NCBI RefSeq assembly: GCF_006345805.1
Contig: NC_043000.1
Location: 82,708,001-82,772,000, forward strand
Length of the DNA: 64,000 bases
Direction of reading: 5' to 3'
Source: Octopus sinensis
Lineage: Eukaryota
Below, in pieces: positions 11,361-25,146 of the stretch. Each line of letters starts with the position of its first letter. The first letter of the stretch is position 1. A program made the position numbers and the translations under genes. The notes under the pieces are model-generated. The model was not told where the DNA came from. It did not search any database and saw only the letters and a program-made list of their open reading frames with translations.

Positions 11361-11718
11361 GATGTTGTTGTCGGTGATGTAACAGCAGTAACCTGCAGTT
11401 GTAGTTGCAGAGATAGTAGCAGCAGTAGTAATAGTAGTGAGAGCAGCAGCAGCACCAATAACAGTTAGAATGATAGTATAAGCAGCAGTAACCTAACCCC
11501 GTTGCTATCAGCTGTTCACTGCACCAGACCACACTAATAAGTACTGCAACAGCAACAACAACTACAAACTGTTGTTGCTGCAGCTGTGCTGTTATTTCGG
11601 TGCACAGAGATCAATAGAGAATATCTTTTCTTCTTCTTCTTCTTCTTCTTCTTATTCTTATTCTTCTTCTTCTTCTTATCTTCTTCTTCTTCTTCTTCTT
11701 CTTCTTCTTCTTCTTCTT

Positions 11719-11749
<31 letters not shown>

Positions 11750-11805
11750 TTTTTCTCCTTTTTCTTCTCAATATCATTATTATTATTATTATTATTAGTA
11801 GTAGT

Positions 11806-11867
<62 letters not shown>

Positions 11868-11883
11868 ATAGTAGTAGTATATC

Positions 11884-13190
11884 GTGTCCGTCATCTACTA
11901 TCGCTCGACTGTTGTGCCTTGCCCTGGCCACCGTCTGATTACGCTGGAGCATATACTCTTCCGCTTCTTGTGGAAGGGACGCGTCTCGGTGGTCAGGTGG
12001 TCTATATGGTGTCAACATCTGCTGAGTAGTGACCTGGGCATACCGTGGTTGATGCGCAGACTTGCGCTGAGGCTATGGTGCGCAGCGATCAATAGATAAT
12101 ATCTTTTCTTCTTCTTCTTCTTCCACTTCTTCTTCTTCTTCCACTTCTTCTTCTTCTTCTCTTCTTCTTCTTCTTCTTCTTCTTCTTCTTCTTCTTCTTC
12201 TTCTTCTTCTTCTTCTCCTCTCCTTCTCCTTCTCTTCTTCTTCTTCTTCTTCTTCTTCTTCTTCTTCTCTTCTTCTTCTTCTTCTTCTCCGCCTCCTCCT
12301 TCTCCTTCTTTCTTCTTTCTTGACGGTGAACAGGTGTGGTCGTCATTCGCGAGAAACGTATTTCCGTAGCTTGTTTGTTTAACGGACCTGTAGTCCTAGG
12401 TAGAACAGAGACCGAGAGGGAGCATTTGGAAAGTGAAATATCTTCAAGCGCTCACAGCCCTCAGCCAATCGGACATTGCGATAGGTGGAACGTCAACTTT
12501 AACTTTTTATAGCGGATTAGTGGAAGAAAAGTGCAACGACGTTCTTGGAGACCTTGGGCGTTGAAAAAGATCAACTAGCCGCTCTTTTCCGAAGAACCTT
12601 CTGCACCGGACCGATGGATAATTTCCAAAAATCTCTGGCCTGGCAGTGTTACCGGGGAGCTTTGCCTGTTCGTGATAAACTTTACAGGCACGGAAGTGCC
12701 GTGAGCCGAGCATATCCGAGATGCGCGCAGTACATCGAGACAGTCCTGCATGCACTCGTCTAGTGCCCGAGCATTGCTTACCTGTAGGTTTATGTCGAAG
12801 ACCTGCTGTCGCGTACGTGACGGATCCGGCTGTCAACTGAATCCATCATGAAGATCGTCCCGCCTCTTCCCTTTAACCGAGAAGGAAAGGCTATGTTTAT
12901 ATGCCTGGTAGCCATGGCGAAAGAAGTTGTTTGGTGGACGAGATTGAAGTGGCTGAAGACAAACACTTTTCTCTTTGGCCAATCCCTGATCAACTTCTTC
13001 AAGTTTCACTTGAAAAGGAATATTAGGGTAGAGAGAGAAGTGTTGTCTTCTAGCCAGTTTGCTGAAAGGTGGATGAAAGTGGCAAGAATGGTGCGAGTGA
13101 ACGGACCTGTCCTGAGCATACGCCTGTAGTTGAAAAGAAAGGAAAGGAAAAAAGGCACCTGTCCCAAAAGTCAGGGTACCCATGAGCCCT
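11884..13190 (+). mobile_element. L1/Tx1-like LINE ORF2 3' remnant, interrupted by a (TTC)n tract
   Basis: LEHILFRFLWKG..DLGIP; KSLAWQCYRGALPVRDKLYRHG..PRC..ETVLHALV (zf-RVT-like). Confidence 0.8.
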
Positions 13191-13364
13191 ATTGAGGATC
13201 ACACATTGCTGATATTTTTAAAATTTTGTTGGTCTTGTTTACACGCAAAACCTTCACAATACACACACATTTTTGTTTTGTTCTGTACTGCCCATAATGT
13301 TTTTTTTTTATAATGTGAACATTTGTGGTTAATACAGAAATCATTATTATTATTATTATTATTT

Positions 13365-13505
13365 TCAAATTCTGCCGAAGTCGACTTTACCTTTCATCCT
13401 TTCGGGATCGAAAAAAAAAATAAGTACCAGTCGAACACCGGGATCGATATAATCGACTCGTCCCCTCCCCCAAAATTGCTGCCCTTGTGGCAAAATTTGA
13501 AACGA
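13365..13505 (+). mobile_element. SINE family B fragment
   Basis: Matches the 17941 copy. Confidence 0.8.
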
Positions 13506-15740
13506 TTATTATTATTCAGTAGTCTTTTTTTATTTATCACGTGCTTTTACTACGCTACCGAACACAGCTCTGCGTACCTTGGGTATGTACTGTGGTTTGT
13601 TGTGGTGATATTATTTTCACTGTATTGAAAGTGTTTTACGTAGGATATGTGCGGTGCCTAGCAGTGCTATTTTCTGTATGTTATATATACTTGTAAGTTC
13701 TGGTTTTTGTTATGTATTTGTCTGAATGTTTTTTTTTAATCATATATAATGCGCCTGCTATGAAAGGGATTGTTTCTGTTTTGGGCTCCACATTCGAGTG
13801 ACCTCCATTTCCAGATCTTTGTATTTTGAAAGTTTCTCCGTTTCTTTTAGAGAAACATTGTCATGTGTTGATATTGATACATCGCTTAGAAAGCATTTTT
13901 TTTTCTTGGTGATCTCTGACAACTATATCTGGTCTGTGGGCCTTAATTTCTCTATCTGTGTGTATTGGCATATCCTAGAGTATGGTTGCTTTCTCATTTT
14001 CTGTGATCTTTTCTGGCGTGTGCCTATACCATCTTTTTCTGTTGTTATTCCACAATGTTAGCACAGCTTCCAGTGTATATACGTCCCAACACTGTTGTGT
14101 CTGTGAATATTTTCCTTCTTAGCAAAGACTGAGTAGCCAGAGATAATATGATTTATTGTTTCTTCTCCATCCCCACATATTCTGCAGTTACTTGTTATAT
14201 TTCTTTTCATTACATGTTTTTGGTAATTTCTGGTGGGGAGGCTTTGGTCTTGTGCTGCAAATAAAAATCTTTCAGTCTCTGCTTTGAGTCCTGAGCGTCT
14301 CATCTATTGTTGGGATTTTGCTTAACCCAATATTTGCCATGAAGGGGCTTTTTTGCCATCGTTTTATTATGATCCGTTGCTGTTCTAGTTGTTTTACAGC
14401 TTTTGTTGCTTCTTCATTTTCTTTATATTTGTTAGGTACTATGACTTCTTTTTGTACTCGTCAGCTTCCTTAAAGACTGAAAACAGTTTTTTTTTTGTTT
14501 TTTCGTGTTTTGTGGCTACTTGTATTAGTTTTCCTTGCTTCTGAAGTAGGTATTTTGTAGTCCTTTGGTGCTTATTCAGTAATAGTTCTCTAGCTGTATA
14601 AGGCCTCTACCACCTTCGATACGTTGTATATATAGCCTTTCTATGCCAGATTTTGGGTGGTGCATCCTGAATCCTGTCATTATTTTTCTTGTTTTCCTAT
14701 TTTGATTAGTTCATTTAGAGTCCAGTTAAGAATTTTGTAGCTGTGACTTATAACTGGAACGGCTAGAGTGTTGATACCTATTATCTTGTTTTTCGCATTG
14801 AGCTGTTTTCAGTAATAATCTAACCCATCTATAGTATCCCTTTCTAATTCTCTCTCATTTGTGTGTGTTGTATCTTATCTAGTTCATTGATTCCTAAGTA
14901 TTTGTATGTCTGGCTTTGATTTAATTCTCTTATTTCATTTGCTTTATCTAGTGTGATATTGCTACTCTTAACTAGTTTTCCTCTTTTCAGGGTTCCTTTG
15001 GCACATTTTTCTAAGCCGAATTTCATGTTTATTTCTTTGGTAAATCCATGTACTGTCTGTTGTAATGTTTCCAGCAATTTGCCATTTGTAGCGTACAGTT
15101 TTAGGTCATCTATATACAAGAGATGGCTGATCGTTTTGCCATAACAGTTGTATCCACATCCAGTTCTGTTTAGCATGTCAGATAAAGGTGTCAGTGCGAA
15201 GCAGAAAAGGAGTGAAGAGAGTGTGTCTTCCTGGTATATTCCTCTTCTAATGGGGATGGCTTTGATTTTTATGAGTCATTCTTTTGTCTGGAGCTGTAGC
15301 ACTGTGTGCCATTTATTCATGGAATGTTTCATATATTTGATGATTATTGGTGCTACCTTATTCGTGGCTAGTGTTTCTAGGATCCATGTGTGGGGAATAC
15401 CATTAAAAGCCTTTCAGTAATCGATCCAGGCCTTCTTCTTTTTGCGGCTGTCTTCAGTAGCTGATCTTTACAGCCGTTTGATCCCTTGCAGCATCCCTTC
15501 TGCTCTTCTGGAAACAGGTTGTTCTCTTCCAGATGTTTGCCCCTTCTCAGCGATATTATTGCAGTAAGGGCTTTATAAATTGTAGAGAGACAAGTTATCA
15601 GTCTGTAATTGTGTTGGTTTGCTGTTTCAGTGTTTTTGGGAATTAGGATAGTTTTCCCTTCTGTGAGCCATTCAAGCATTGTCTCTGGCTCTGCTAGTAT
15701 TTCATTAAATTTCTAAGCCAGCTTTTTATGGGTTCCTTAT
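13505..15740 (-). mobile_element. 5'-truncated R4/Dong-like non-LTR retrotransposon (RT, CCHC zinc finger, RLE), degenerate
   Basis: WLTEGKTILIPK..YRLITCL, RRGIYQED, HLLYIDDLKLY, LKAETE..AAQDQSLPTRNY..CRIC..HII, HRPDIVV; (ATT)n on both sides. Confidence 0.88.
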
Positions 15741-15784
15741 CATTATTATTATTATTGTTGTTGTCGTTGTTGCTATTATTATTA

Positions 15785-16120
15785 TGTTTGGATTTTGCTT
15801 TGCGTGTGTACGAACTAAATCCAAGTATCTCCCAGAGCTTTCAAGAAATAAGTTTTAAGTTCAAGAGGGCATTATGAGTAGGATGGCTGATAGCTACCAT
15901 GTTTTGTGGGAAGAATGTAGTTCGGTGAGAGAAATTTATGCTTTAATTGTGTACCTTGAGTTCGTAAGGAGTATTGTTTTAGAAAATGTGCTTTTGTGAA
16001 AAAAGATTGCTTTTGAGTTATAAAGACAGTATTTTTCGTAGGATCTGAGCAGTCACCTTGAGTACCACTTTCTGAATTTGTTCCATTTTTTGATTCCCTG
16101 ATATTTTAGATGGATAATAA
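15785..16120 (-). mobile_element. Second R4/Dong-like 3' end
   Basis: EQIQKVVLKVTAQILRKILSL* then UTR and an (AAT/AAC)n tail. Confidence 0.6.
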
Positions 16121-16299
16121 TCATCCCCTTTTGCTATTATTCTTCGGACACTTACAACCAATTTCTGTTTTAAGATATTTGTACTTGCTCAACTTTAAGT
16201 AGATTTTGACAGATACTATTATATCAAACAAGACAGTTATGCTGTCTACTATCAATGTGACGGCTCAAAGTAGTAGAAGCACCAGTACCCCAAATGCTT

Positions 16300-16900
16300 A
16301 ATTCTTCCGAGAGAAATTACAAACACCATCCAGGTTTCTATGTCAGGTGACCCTAAAAACGCTGAATAGCTAGTAAAAATTTGTCAACGAAGAGATACAT
16401 TAGAAGAACTCCCACAGCTTCAGGAAAAGACTTACAGACGAACAACCGTCTACAGGAGTGTTAGTGTGTATCAATCAATCAAACCCCGAAACAGTCTCGC
16501 ACGCTCTAATGGAGAAATAATTGTGAGAAATTTTTGCGAACCAATTTTGGTGCCCTCGAAGTGCAACTTCTCAAAGGGGCTCTAGCAGCGAAGCATTTTT
16601 TGTGTTCTGTAGGGGTGAGGAATTTGTTTTCATTCCCACTTATTTAAGAAGACAGAGAATGAGGGAGAAGATATCTGTTGGACCATTAGAGCCAAAACAA
16701 CTCGAATACTTTAAAAAAGATAGACAGGAGAATCAGTCTGGTACAGATCCTATTACTTGAGAAAGCTGAATACCTGAACAAGATTCAGGATCTAAACCAG
16801 CTACCAAATGCGGTAGAACTTTATGTCATGGTGGAATGAAGAAAACCTAGGGGTTATATATGTGGTGACACCAACAACCTCAGAGCCTATGTCCACAACA
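16300..16900 (+). mobile_element. Possible degenerate LINE ORF1 with zinc-knuckle remnant
   Basis: YICGDTNNLRA resembles a CCHC knuckle; otherwise heavily disrupted. Confidence 0.3.
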
Positions 16901-17940
16901 GCAGATGAGAATAGGAAACCCCGCTGCTTCAAACACTACAAATACAACTACAATTTCAACAATGGCGTGCAACCATAACAGTAGGAAAAACAACAACAGC
17001 AGCAGTAATAACAACTACCACATTATAATCAGCAGTAGCAACTGCATGAATAAAAGATAATAGTAACTATGGCAGGAGTAACAACGGGAACAAAACAATC
17101 TTAACAGCAGGAACATCACTTACAGTAACAGAGCCTCCAAAACACAAAACAATACCACAAGACATACCTCTCCTCCTTCAGACCACACAGGTATGTCGCG
17201 CAACGAGGGCAACAAAGAGGAGCAATCGATAACTGTCCCAGTACGAAGTAAAAGAGAAATACGAAAAAAAACTCATTTATCCAATCGATCAAATCAGTTA
17301 AGTGTAGAACAACCAACAAGGGGACGGGTTGATGGTCCTACCCTTCCACCAGCGATATGAAAATATTAATGACCAAAGTACTTATCTCACAAATTGTCCG
17401 ACAGCCTAGTCGCAAATTAATACCACGCTGTGGTACATTTCACATTTGTATACAGAGTCAGTACTATTTTATATTTGACTAGTTTCGTTTGGTTTACAAT
17501 TCAAAATTCGCTTCCTCCTCCGGTTGTGTCTTAGAGAGAAAGACGATCTTAAGCATGATGGAGTCTCATATCGATTTTGACATGTACGAGTTTAGTTGTT
17601 ACATCAAGTAAACTACCGGTTCATTTAAATTAGCGTGTGAAGTGGTTGAGTATTCTACAGATATAAATACTCTTAGCATAATTTTCATACAGGATCATTG
17701 CGATACAAGTATTACAAGGCCCATAACGTACAGGTGCCTGGCGGGTTTACAAAGCTCGGGTCCACCTGAAACTAGGTAAATTCATTCGCGTAAAAATGCC
17801 AATGAGGAATCCGAGCCATTGAGAAAAACGTCAGTAGATGAAATGAGCAACGCCTGTCAGAAAGTAGCAAATGTTAATGAACCAGTTTGTGGCCAAAGTG
17901 TGTAGTCACGTTCACATTTTCGATACATATACCTCGAGCA

Positions 17941-18335
17941 AGGCGCCGAGCTGGCAGAAACGTTAGCACGCCGGGCGAAATGCTTAGCGGTATTTCGTCT
18001 GCCGCTACGTTCTGAGTTCAAATTCCGCCGAGGTCGACTTTGCCTTTCATCCTTTCGGGGTCGATTAAATAAGTACCAGTTACGCACTGGGGTCGATATA
18101 ATCGACTTAATCCGTTTGTCTGTCCTTGTTTGTCCTCTCTGTGTTTAGCCCTTGTGAGTAATAAAGAAATAGGTATTTCGTCTGCCGCTACGTTCTGAGT
18201 TCAAATCCCGCCGAGGTCGACTTTGCCTTTCATCCTTTCGAAGTTGATAAATTAAGTACCAGTTGTGTACTGGGGTCGACCTAATCGACTGGTCACCTCT
18301 CGAAAAAATTTCGGGCCTTGTGCCTAGAGTAGAAA
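17941..18335 (+). mobile_element. SINE family B, dimeric form
   Basis: tRNA-like head (GAGCTGGCAGAA; GAGTTCAAATTC), a linker, then a second headless monomer. Confidence 0.88.
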
Positions 18336-19125
18336 AAGATACATACCTTGAGCACACCACGAGTGTGCTCATCAGGATTTAGATGTGCATCTCATCAATA
18401 TGACAAAACAAGCATCAGATAAACCAGTCTGGTAATGCTTTAGATGTCGTGATGTAGAACATTGTGATAGCACTTGGTGTCACCATTACGCAGGAAGAAA
18501 GCGATAGAAAATTGAGCAAAAGAATAACTAACTTTTTGAATAAAAAATTTACTAAAACCAACATTTCTTTTTTTCAATTTTCAATATTTTCAAAAAGCAG
18601 TTTGAAGTTTTTTGTTCTATTGATATTCAAATGTAAATAATTATTTTTTCTAATCGTTTATATATAAATCTTTTTCATATAGTAAATTCGACAATGAAAA
18701 TTTTTTGATGTCCAATTCCATTAATTTACCAAATTATAACATATTTCATTTATTTATCCTAAAAGAATTCAGAGTTCTAAATTCGGTGCTAAGCAGCTGA
18801 ATTTATTATTTCAATTATCAATTATTAGTATTGATTAATTTTCACAATTTGGAAAGAAAATAAACATAGAAAATAATTTTGAACAAACAATTACAAAATA
18901 ACTCATGTTTTGAAAATGACAAGTGAAATGTCCTAATTAATGAGCTTAAATTGACATATTTATGCTTTAAATCATAGAACAATGTTATTGTCAAAGAATC
19001 TTGGCATTTTTATTAAAGTGAAATGAAAAATGATATCTTTTGCACCGAAATTTTCCCTTAATTTTTGCACCTGTAAGGCTGAGATTTTGCGCCTAAGTTC
19101 CACTCTACAAATCATTTATTAAACA

Positions 19126-19653
19126 CTAGCTGGCCCCGTGCCGTAAAAAATGACGGCTAATTGTAGTATTTTATATATAAATAAGGACAAAACAAAGAAT
19201 ATGGATGGTAATTCAAATTAATGCACTTCTCCCTATTATCTAGTGTTTGCATTTTGAGATGTGACATAGATTATCATTTGTTACTGAAAGAACGCTGGTT
19301 CACACATATAAACGCTCACATACTTTCCTTGTACACGCACACACATACACACGTATACTCAAGAGTTGAAACGTTGTTTGAGTTTTCTTTTCAGCGTTGA
19401 ATGTTCACCATCCCACTTCCATTGTATACACACACACACACACACACACAAACATTCACATACCTCATTTTTATTTACACACATATATATTCACACAGAG
19501 TTGAAACGTTGTTTGATTTTTTCTTCACCGTAGAATTTCCATCACCCCACAACCAGTTTGTCATCACCCCTTCCTTCCTATTCATCTACCACCCCTTCCT
19601 TTCTCATTCATATGTTGTGACAGATAAAAACACAAGTGTATTATTATAGTAGA
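19126..19653 (-). mobile_element. Non-autonomous Helitron
   Basis: Minus strand A|TCTACTATAAT...hairpin GCCGT..ACGGC...CTAG|T. Confidence 0.7.
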
Positions 19654-20344
19654 TACTTAGTTTCAAAACAGATAAAAATTGGAAAACTTTTATCTTGTCC
19701 AACGCTGTCCCTCAAAAAAACACACCATAATTTTTAGCCTTGCAGATAGGAGATAAAATCGAATAAGTTACTATAGAACAAAATAATTCTACTCAATATT
19801 TTAGCTGTAGTTGGTACTAGGAGAATCATTCCATTCTTCTGTAGTGAGAACAAGACTCACTCGCTGGAAAATACTTGTAGGCAAGTGTCAAATCTCGAAG
19901 AAAAGACAAAACAAAAATATCATTTTATACATACATTTAATAACGGCTTCTGATAACTATATATTGATTGCACATAGACTAGTTCAATGATGTTAAACAT
20001 GGATATTTTACGTTGGTACTGGGGGAAAAGACAACGCGTCTATTTTCTATTGGTTCTTAACACCATATTCAAATCCAGGTGGAACTAAACCGAAACTGGA
20101 AAGCGACAGAAACTAGTCAAAATTTTAAATCGGTACAACGCTAGCCATTTGCGTTGTACTTTATTCTTAAGTTAGATTTATAAAGCCTTCAATGTCGCAA
20201 AATTCGTTAGTGATCACCCTAAAATTTGACCATTTCATAAATATTTTTCCATTGTACCAATTTTAACGTAATTTTCAGTATTTGATTCCTCTCATTTAGA
20301 TCGTTTAAGGAAGCTTAACTGTAGTAATTTCTTGCTAAGATAAC

Positions 20345-20740
20345 CTTTCTACTGGAAGCACAATGCCTCAAATTTGGAGGAAGGGAATAAGTCGATTATA
20401 TCGACTCCAGTGCGTAACTGGTACTAATTTTATCGACCCCGAAAGGATGAAATGCAAAGTCGACCTCGGCAGAATTTGCACTCAAATCTGATGAAATACC
20501 TATTTCTATTTTTTTACTACCCACAAGGGGCTAAACACAGAGAGGACAAACAAGGACAGACAAACGGAGTAAGTCGATTATATCGACCCCAGTGCGTAAT
20601 TGGTACTTAATTTATCGACCCCGAAAGGATGAAAGGCAAGTCGACCTCGGCGGAATTTGAACTCAGAACGTAGCGGCAGACGAAATACCGCAAAGCATTT
20701 CGCCCGGCGTGCTAACAATTCTGCCAGCTCGACGCTTTTT
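20345..20740 (-). mobile_element. SINE family B, dimeric form
   Basis: Reverse complement of the 17941 structure. Confidence 0.85.
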
Positions 20741-21095
20741 TCTTGCTAAGATAACATGAGATATGATGACTTCAAGCTTTAACTTTTATTCACATTTGGG
20801 CACCTAAATTTTCTACAACAAAAATTTCGACAAAAATAATTAAGTAGAAAACTATAGTACTTAAAAGTTGTATCTATGATACTTTATCACAAGATTTTTT
20901 ACCAACCAATTTTCTATTATAATTTCTCAAAATGTAACAGAGCATTGGTCTTTTGTAAGGAACTTTAACTGCATTTAATTTGATCTAGAATTGTATTAGC
21001 TAGAGGGCGTAGAAATGGTCGTAAAAAAGCTAGTGTTGAACGTGAAATTATCCATCTACTACAGTGGGCGGTTGATTTGGATTTGTATGTGGAAG

Positions 21096-21179
<84 letters not shown>

Positions 21180-21258
21180 CACACATGTATAGTATGTATA
21201 TATGTGTGTTTACATGAATGTGTGTGCGCGAGTGCGCATCTGTGTGTGTGTGTGCGTA

Positions 21259-21297
<39 letters not shown>

Positions 21298-21832
21298 GGG
21301 TACTTTCATTAAGTGAGTCGAATAACAAAATGGACTGAATGCTAGGAAAAAATACTTTCCTGCAATAAATTCCATTATATTACGTTTTTGTTCAAATAAC
21401 ACCGAAACCTCCTTTACTTTGCATTCCTCCAGGGTCGTTAAAATATATACCAGCAACGTATTGGAGTCAATTAAATCGAATATCTCATTTACTTTTTAAA
21501 ATGCAAGACTCTCTTCCAGAGTTAGATATAATTATTAAAGCTAAATAAGCAAGAATATAGTCTTATGGAGATACATTCAAAACAAAATTACACGCATATT
21601 TGCAAAACTGTCGTTTATTTTTTCTAACTTTTATAGTAGAACAACAATGTAATTTATTTTGCAATCAGCTTTATATCACTGAATAGCTTAGGGTTGCACA
21701 AAAATTTCCTTACGTCATTGAAAACTACCACGTAGTTAATTACTAAATGGTTGCAGGAAATAACAGGTATTCGAAAGGAGATAGAAAAAGAGAGACAGAC
21801 AGGCAGACAGACAGACAGACTGACAGACAAAC

Positions 21833-21936
<104 letters not shown>

Positions 21937-22494
21937 TGCAGGGAGAGAAACAAGATTTTTAAATATACAAAATATCAATTACGTTCCAAAGATATTTGTT
22001 TTTATTTCATATCTGTTTTATTTGATGTAAATTGTATTTATATTAAAATTAATTTCTCTGGGGCAATGTTGATTAAAAATGCAATTAGTCGATAAATACA
22101 GTTTAGTCTGACTTTAAAATATATAAGCTGCCCTCACAGATCACATTATCATATTTGTTCGATATTATAAGTATTAGACACAACTACATTTCAAGTTTTA
22201 CAACACAGTGGGCTAGACAAGAAACTCTCCCAGAAGCAACTAACTATTTTTATAAGTACAAGCCCAAAATATTTAAATGAAGGGAATAAAATTATGGAAT
22301 GAATACTTAACCTCTATTTCTAGAGCATTATCAATATTAGAGTTCAATTGAGTTATTGAAATTATTAAGAAATCTTTCATATCCATTAACTTTATGGCCA
22401 CAAGGCTCAAGATCTTTTGCTTCTATAAATATATATATATATATATATACATACATACATATATATGTGTGTGTGTGTGTGTGGTGTGTGTGTG

Positions 22495-22650
22495 TGTGTG
22501 TGTGTGTGTGATAGGCTTCTTTCATTTTCCGTCTACAAAATCCATAAGGCTTTGGTCAGCACATGGATATAGTAGAAGACACTTGGCCAAGGTGCCACGC
22601 AGAGGGAGTGAACCTAGAAACAAATTTCTTATCACTCAGTCACGCCTGCG
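22495..22650 (-). mobile_element. SINE family A 5' part
   Basis: Matches other copies. Confidence 0.75.
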
Positions 22651-22716
22651 CCTGTGTTTGGGGGGGGGGTGATGCATGTGTGTCTGAGTGTATATATGTG
22701 TGCCTCTTTACATATA

Positions 22717-24005
22717 TCAGGTCATCCCATAAGTTCTGTTCAAATTTTGAATAAAGAAAACAAGTGATCAAATGTTATATTTAATTGAAGTTTAATCATC
22801 AATGTACTTTCCCTGATTATCTATGACTTCCTTACATCTATTTACTAGCTTTGTAATCCCATCAATGTAAAACTCTTTTGGTTTCAAAGCAAAGAACTCT
22901 GAAATGTCAGTTTCGACCTTGCGAATGTCAACTTGCGAAAGTTGTCCCCCAAATGATTCTGTAAACTACGAAACAAAAGGTAGTCGGAAGAGCAAGATCG
23001 GGAGAATAAGGTGGATGAGGATTTTTTTCCTAACCAAGCTCTTCGATCTTCTGTGATATGATCCTTGCAGTGTGGGGTCGCGCATTGTTCTGATGAAACA
23101 TCACTCCTTTTCGATTCACTAAAGCAGGTCTTTTTTTCTTCAATGCTTGGTTCAAACGCTCTAATTGCTGACAGTAGAGTTGAACGTTGATTGTTGCATT
23201 AGCTAGTAACAATTCAAAGTGAATTACTCCTTTGCAATCCCACCAGATAGAGAGAAGAACCTTTTTCCCATGAATTTCCCTTCTCGGTTGTGGTTGAGCT
23301 TTTTTCCTTTTACCAAGCCACTGTTTGCGACGTTTAACATTTCGATAGAAGATCCATTTTTCGTCACCAGTCACAAGTCTATCCAAAAAATGTGAAATGA
23401 GTTCGCGAGAATGGAGAGAAGAGCAGATGACAACTCGGGATTTGCGGTTGCTTTCGGACAATTCATGAGGCATCTATTTTCCAAGGTTAGGAACCTTTCC
23501 AAGTTATTGAAGATAATGATGAACTGTTGTATGGTTTGAACCAGGCTTTTTTGCCAATTCTTCAACTGATAATGCAGGATTTTCTTCAAGTAATGCCTCA
23601 AGGAGCTTATCATTAAACTCAACTGGACGTCCTGTTCGATCTTCATCTTCAAGGCTGAAATCTCCACTTCTGAATTTTGCAAACCATCTTCTGCAAGTTC
23701 TTTCATTCAAGCATTCTTTCCCATAAACTGAGCGTATGTTTCGAGTCGCTTCGCTGCAGAGTTTCCTTTTTTGTACTCATAAAGCATTATGTGCCTCAAA
23801 TGCTCTTTGGATACTTCCATGTTAGAAAGGGTTTTAATCAAAGAAATTTTAATCCTATTATTCTGTAAAATAATATTTAATTAGTTTAAATGTACACAAA
23901 TGCATAAAAATAATTTTTAATTCCATTAGATATCCTAAAATACTATTAAATTTCATTCACTTTTTAAAAAAAATAAAATCGGACAGAACTTATGGGATGA
24001 CCTGA
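22717..24005 (-). mobile_element. Full-length defective mariner transposon (~1.29 kb)
   Basis: TIRs TCAGGTCATCCCATAAGTTCTGT, TA TSD; WVP-like/MPHELSE, VTGDEKW, HQNNARPH (D to N), HPPYSPDLA; frameshifted. Confidence 0.93.
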
Positions 24006-24732
24006 TATGTACATATACGTATGTGTTTTTATCTTAGTCAGTTGAAAGAATTAGTGCTCAGTCTCTTTTCACGCCATTATAACCTGAAGAGCTACCATAA
24101 TTACCGACACTCAAATAGATGTAGCATATATTGTAAATATGTCGTGTAAACATTCTAACATCTGCACAAAATCCTGCTGCATTTCACACGGAATTTTGGG
24201 TCCTCCAAAATCGTCTAAGTGTATAAGTCGACTACCTTGTTTGGTTGTAAAATTTGGTCAGGAAACTTCGACTTGCATGTCATAAAATACGATATATACT
24301 GTTAATGCTTAATTTGAGAATGCGCGTGCTGACTTTTTTTTTTTTTTTTGCTTTTTGTTTTGTTTTTTGTTTTCGCTGCTTTCGCAGATTCCCATGACTG
24401 TCTGTCGCCATCCAATTCCCTTATGAATTTGAGTCGGGAACTTGAGTCATAGAGAATTTTCATTTGCTGATTACACAACCGTAGACACCTCTTGATAGAG
24501 CTTGATGGTCCTGACCGTTGATCTTCTAGGATTCACCCGCTCAACATCAATGAAAGAAGCACTGTTGGCTCAGTTGAGTTCTTCCGCTACGTCTTTTCAA
24601 TCTGCCATACTGAAGTCCCATGACTTCATCGTATTCCTAGCTGCGTAGCTGAATGGGTACTATGCCGTGGCAAAGGGCAGCCCATAACTATGCAGAGCAT
24701 GATCGTCACTCTGTGAGATATTTTCTTCCCTG

Positions 24733-25075
24733 GGCATGGATTCACTGAAGCTCCGGCGTCTGGCGACCGACTTGGTAAACACCCACAAGGTTATCAACCA
24801 CCTCACCAACAACAACACTGAACACCTTTTTGATCTCCATGTGTCTAACACACGTGGACATGCCTACAAAGTCAGAAAACAGCACAGCTCCCATGACTTT
24901 CGGAAACATTTTTTCACGCTCAGGGTTGCTGAAGCGTGGAATAAACTGCCTGCATCAGTTGTTGACTGCCATGACACTGCATCCTTTAAGGCCCTCATGC
25001 TTCCCGAAATCCGTCGAAACTACACCTGATTATATATACACTTTAGATGAGTTGTAGTGCACCTGAGCACTGTAC
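24733..25075 (+). mobile_element. CR1-like LINE 3' end with (ATT)n tail
   Basis: SLKLRRLATDLVNTHK..TRGHAYKV..RKHFFTLRVAEAWNKLP. Confidence 0.85.
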
Positions 25076-25078
25076 ACA

Positions 25079-25146
<68 letters not shown>

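Noticed and set aside
10542-11468. Mucin-like TTTTIAANPAAAA or poly-Leu ORFs
   Set aside because: Product of the compound minisatellite; no splice or homology evidence.
18349-18400. Minus-strand CTGATGA followed by a hairpin
   Set aside because: No GAAA or NUH; a simple palindrome.
20965-21456. 163-aa minus-strand ORF with protein-like ends
   Set aside because: Spans (CA)n and (TATC)n; no recognisable domain.
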